Source of the DNA: Octopus vulgaris
Taxonomy: Eukaryota
NCBI GenBank assembly: GCA_951406725.2
Contig: OX597822.1
Coordinates: 91,202,001-91,266,000, forward strand
Length of the DNA: 64,000 bases
Direction of reading: 5' to 3'
Part shown: piece after piece, positions 60,376-64,000 of the stretch
How positions within the stretch are numbered: the first letter of the stretch is position 1
Layout of the letters: each line of letters begins with the position of its first letter
The notes under the pieces: model-generated
Seen by the model: only the letters and a program-made list of their open reading frames with translations
Databases searched by the model: none
Told to the model about the DNA's origin: nothing
Position numbers and translations under genes: made by a program

Positions 60376-62497
60376 CTAAATAGGAAAAGAAAAATAGTTA
60401 GTTCTTTAAACCTTAATATTACAAGATTATTTACATAGACTATTTAACATTTAGGTGGCTGATCAGCAAAATTGTTAAGAAATCAGAAAAATGTCATGTG
60501 ATATTTCATTTGGATCTATGTGTTCTGAGTTCAAATGATGGTAAGATAAACTTCCCCTTTCATCCTTTTGGGGTAGATTAAAAAGAAGTGGGATGAGCTA
60601 TGGGTTAGCAACAACTTCTCATCTCACTCAAAAAGTTTGTGATCTCGTTGCAGACATGGTGGGCATGGACAGACAGATGTACGGCATAGAAGGGGATGGA
60701 CTAAGGGCTTAACAATTAGAAATTGTTCACAAACTGGTACTAAATTACTATTATTAATAAATCCCATACACAGGTATGAAGAATCACTGCATAGGACACT
60801 TAACCACTTCAAATTTATAATATCAATTAGAAATGTTGATATATTCATATAAAAAGTGAAATGGTAAAATAAGGAAACCGTTTTTTTTCTTCTGTGAATC
60901 TAATAAAGATAGGATGGCCAGTTTGAAAAATAGTTTATTGTAGACAAAATCAGCCGCTTTGAATGTTAGCATGTTAAACCAAAATACCAAAGGTCTTTAG
61001 ACTTCTGCTACTTTGGCTTAACCTGTTAATAACAGAGACAAAAATCTAATTCTGTCTATTCATTGTCACTTGATAAAAGAACTAGGCAAGGTTTTTATGT
61101 GATAACATTGCTGACCATAAAATAAAGAGATATTGAACTGATGCACAGTAATACTGAATAAAGGAAAATTCAAAATATTTAAAGAAAGAACTGGCCTGAA
61201 TTTATTTAGGATAAACTTATATCAACTTTTCAGAAATTTTCAAACCAGATTATTGATTATTTTTATATATTGAGATGATAATGATTGAATAAGTTTTCAG
61301 ATTTTGATATTTAAATGTATTTTTTGAACAAGCATAAAAAACTGCAATAATTTAAGAATAAAATGTCTTTTGTAATGATCAATTAATATTCCTTCAATGA
61401 TTCAACTTATAGTTCATTGACTTAAAATCTATAGGTGGTGCTTGAAACGGTTCACTAATAATATGTTGATTAGGAGAAAACCACATTCTCTTACAAAATT
61501 CTCTACTTGAACATGCAATTCGGTAAACTTGCCTTTAATTTTCTATTAATTTATTAGAAGAAACAATCTGATAATATAGTACAGATATATATATATATAG
61601 GGAATATCGATCATTGTAAAGGTCCTATGCTCATGAACAATTCAAAACTCGTATGTTAATTAAAGTGCTTTCCTTTATTCTATTTGGAAAACGTTATCTC
61701 TCATAGAGTGTAGTGGAATGATTTCAGACAGGGAAAGCATCTAAGCAGAAAAATAGTTGTTCCAAGAACTTCTATCCACTTTCAGGTGAAATACACAAAC
61801 ATTTATACTTCTTATAAAATAATATCCAAATTAAACATGAGCAAGAAATTAAAAAAAGTATTATTTATTTATATAGTACAGAGCAAGGCTTCTCAAAGTG
61901 GGCGATACTATCTCCTGAAGGTGGAGGAGGATAGATTGGTGGAAAATTTTATAGAGTAATTGGGATAAAGGAGGCAGTAGGGGGTGGGTATAGATGCATC
62001 TTTTAATTGCTCTAATTTTCAAAAATATTTTCAAATTGTATTGAGCGGTAAAAATAAGGTGGTGAGCCAGCAGAATCGTTAGCACATCAGATGAAATGCT
62101 TAGTGGCATTTCACCTGTCTTTATGCTCTAAGTTCAAATGCTACCAAGGTTGACAAAATAAGTACCAATTGAGTACTGGGGTCGATGTAATTGGCTTACT
62201 CCCTCTCCTGAAACTGCTGGTCTTGTGCCAAAATTTGAAACCAATATTATTGGTCAAAACATTATTTTGATGTAATGACTTATGTACAAGCAGACTTTTA
62301 ATGCTGATCACTTTTTCAACAGCAATTTTTTGTGGTGAACTTAATTTTGCTGAATTGTAGTAAGGGGGTGGTGAAAGAATGTTAGTAAAAAGAAAGTGGG
62401 GTGGGGGCAATAGTTAAAAAGTTTGAGAGGCACTGATATAGAAATATCGACTTCAATAGGACAAAAATTAAGGATGAAAACAAAAATGCAGACTAAC

Positions 62498-63157
62498 ATC
62501 ATCATGGTCAAATAATTCATCTTCAATTAGTATAGCTTCTTGCTCAGGTGGGTTGACAGTAACAGATAGTAATCCTTGATCCGAATATGTTTTGGCCACA
62601 GAGTGTTTTGATTCTGAATTAGAATTATTGTTCTTACTCTCTGAAGTAGGTGAAATACCGTGATGGTCGAAGTAACTGCTTGAGTGTACTGCTCGATTAT
62701 AGGAATCATTGTTAATTCCTTCATGGGTATATTCACTTCGTAGTCTTTCAACTTGTGGAAGAGGTTTATTTATTTCCATATTAGTAGAGTCAAAACTATT
62801 TACATCAACATTTGAATTTTTAACACCTTCAAATTTTCTTGGCTGCACTGAATTCTTTGTATGATTGTTCTGTTGGCTGATAGCATTATGATCAAGATTC
62901 CCATGTTCAATGGACTCCAGTTCGTCAGAGAAGCTATCTTTCTGTTTGTTGGCAGAAACATCAACCGAAGAATTCGATGATAATGGAGATACCACATCTC
63001 TTACTAAACGAGCAATGACTAAAGAAATTTTCCCATTAACTGGATCAATACTTCGCATAGTTTCTCGAAGAGTTTCCATAGCATCTTGGTTGGTAAGTCC
63101 AAGAAGGGAATAGCCATTGATTTCAAGAAGTTGATCATTGACTTTCAATCGTCCATC
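62498..63157 (-). CDS. PARD3: PARD3/bazooka exon: second half of PDZ3 plus linker; upstream exons lie outside the window
   Basis: ctag|DGRLKVNDQLLEINGYSLLGLTNQDAMETLRETM...ISLVIAR (human PDZ3 DGRLRVNDQL...GKTNQDAMETLR); donor gttagt; phase 0-0. Confidence 0.92.
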
Positions 63158-63205
63158 CTAGAGAACAGAAAACAAAAATACATTGATAATAAATTTTTGT
63201 GACAT

Positions 63206-63263
<58 letters not shown>

Positions 63264-64000
63264 TGTGTGTGTGTGTGTAAAATTATTTATATACCTAGTT
63301 TTTGTATTTGGTTTGCAAGATACTTGATGTGAATTTGCGTTGAAACAAATCATCTGTCTTGGGAGTTTCATTACACCAATAAAAACCAGTGTGCATGTTT
63401 ATTATTCTTGGCATAATGACTCTCAAAACATAACTGTGTGTGTGTGTGTGTGACCTCTCTACACTTTGAGTTCAAATACTGTTAAAGTCAGTTTCGCCTT
63501 TCACCCTTCAGAGTTGATAAATAAAGTACCAATTCCTGTACAGTTAGACTTGGAGAGGGATGGGCTCCACCAGGTCCAAAAATGCTCAAGACACACAGTA
63601 TGTTATGACGACACCCATACAACTTCATCAAAGAGTTAAGGGCCCATGGCATAGTATAACCATGGAATCATCATCTTTATCATTTTAATGTCTGCTTTTC
63701 TGTGCTTGCATGGGTTAGATAGAATTTGTTGATGCAATTTTTCTTTGGTTGGACGCCTTTCCTGTTGCTAACACTTACCTGTTTTCAAATAAGGTAATAA
63801 CTTCCTCATGGCCAAGCATGTTTTTATGGAAGACTGGAAACAATGGACAAATCTTGCATGGCAGTGATGCTCATTTACAACTGTTGTGTTATGTCAAAAC
63901 AAGGACACACACACAAACAAGCTTCTTTTAGTTTCCGTCTATTAAATTAATACACACTTTAGAATTTGGTCTTTAAAGGCAACCTTTCCAAAATGATAGC

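Overview
AT-rich, repeat-dense eukaryotic DNA. The SINE and LINE-tail repertoire looks like that of an octopus or other coleoid cephalopod (recognised from memory, not searched). Four spliced genes could be assembled by hand with GT-AG boundaries and consistent phases. (1) The last four exons of an SLC23-family nucleobase/ascorbate transporter (+, 782-6154). (2) Three C-terminal exons of an esterase D / S-formylglutathione hydrolase homolog (-, 17380-12939); its N-terminal exons were not found. (3) A complete 3-exon GRHPR (+, 20601-32345) with a mitochondrial-presequence-like extension. (4) The 3' ten exons of PARD3/bazooka (-, 63157-39148). Between them lie a pogo-type and a Buster-type DNA transposon fossil with TIRs and TSDs, many MITEs, RTE-type and other LINE fragments, at least four tRNA-derived SINE families, a 100-bp higher-order tandem array and microsatellites. 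The most notable signal is a set of minimal type-I hammerhead ribozyme motifs of the Penelope/retrozyme kind. One of them forms the 3' module of tRNA-headed SINEs, including a head-to-head palindromic dimer at 54.9-55.4 kb. All calls are by eye; no database search or folding program was run.
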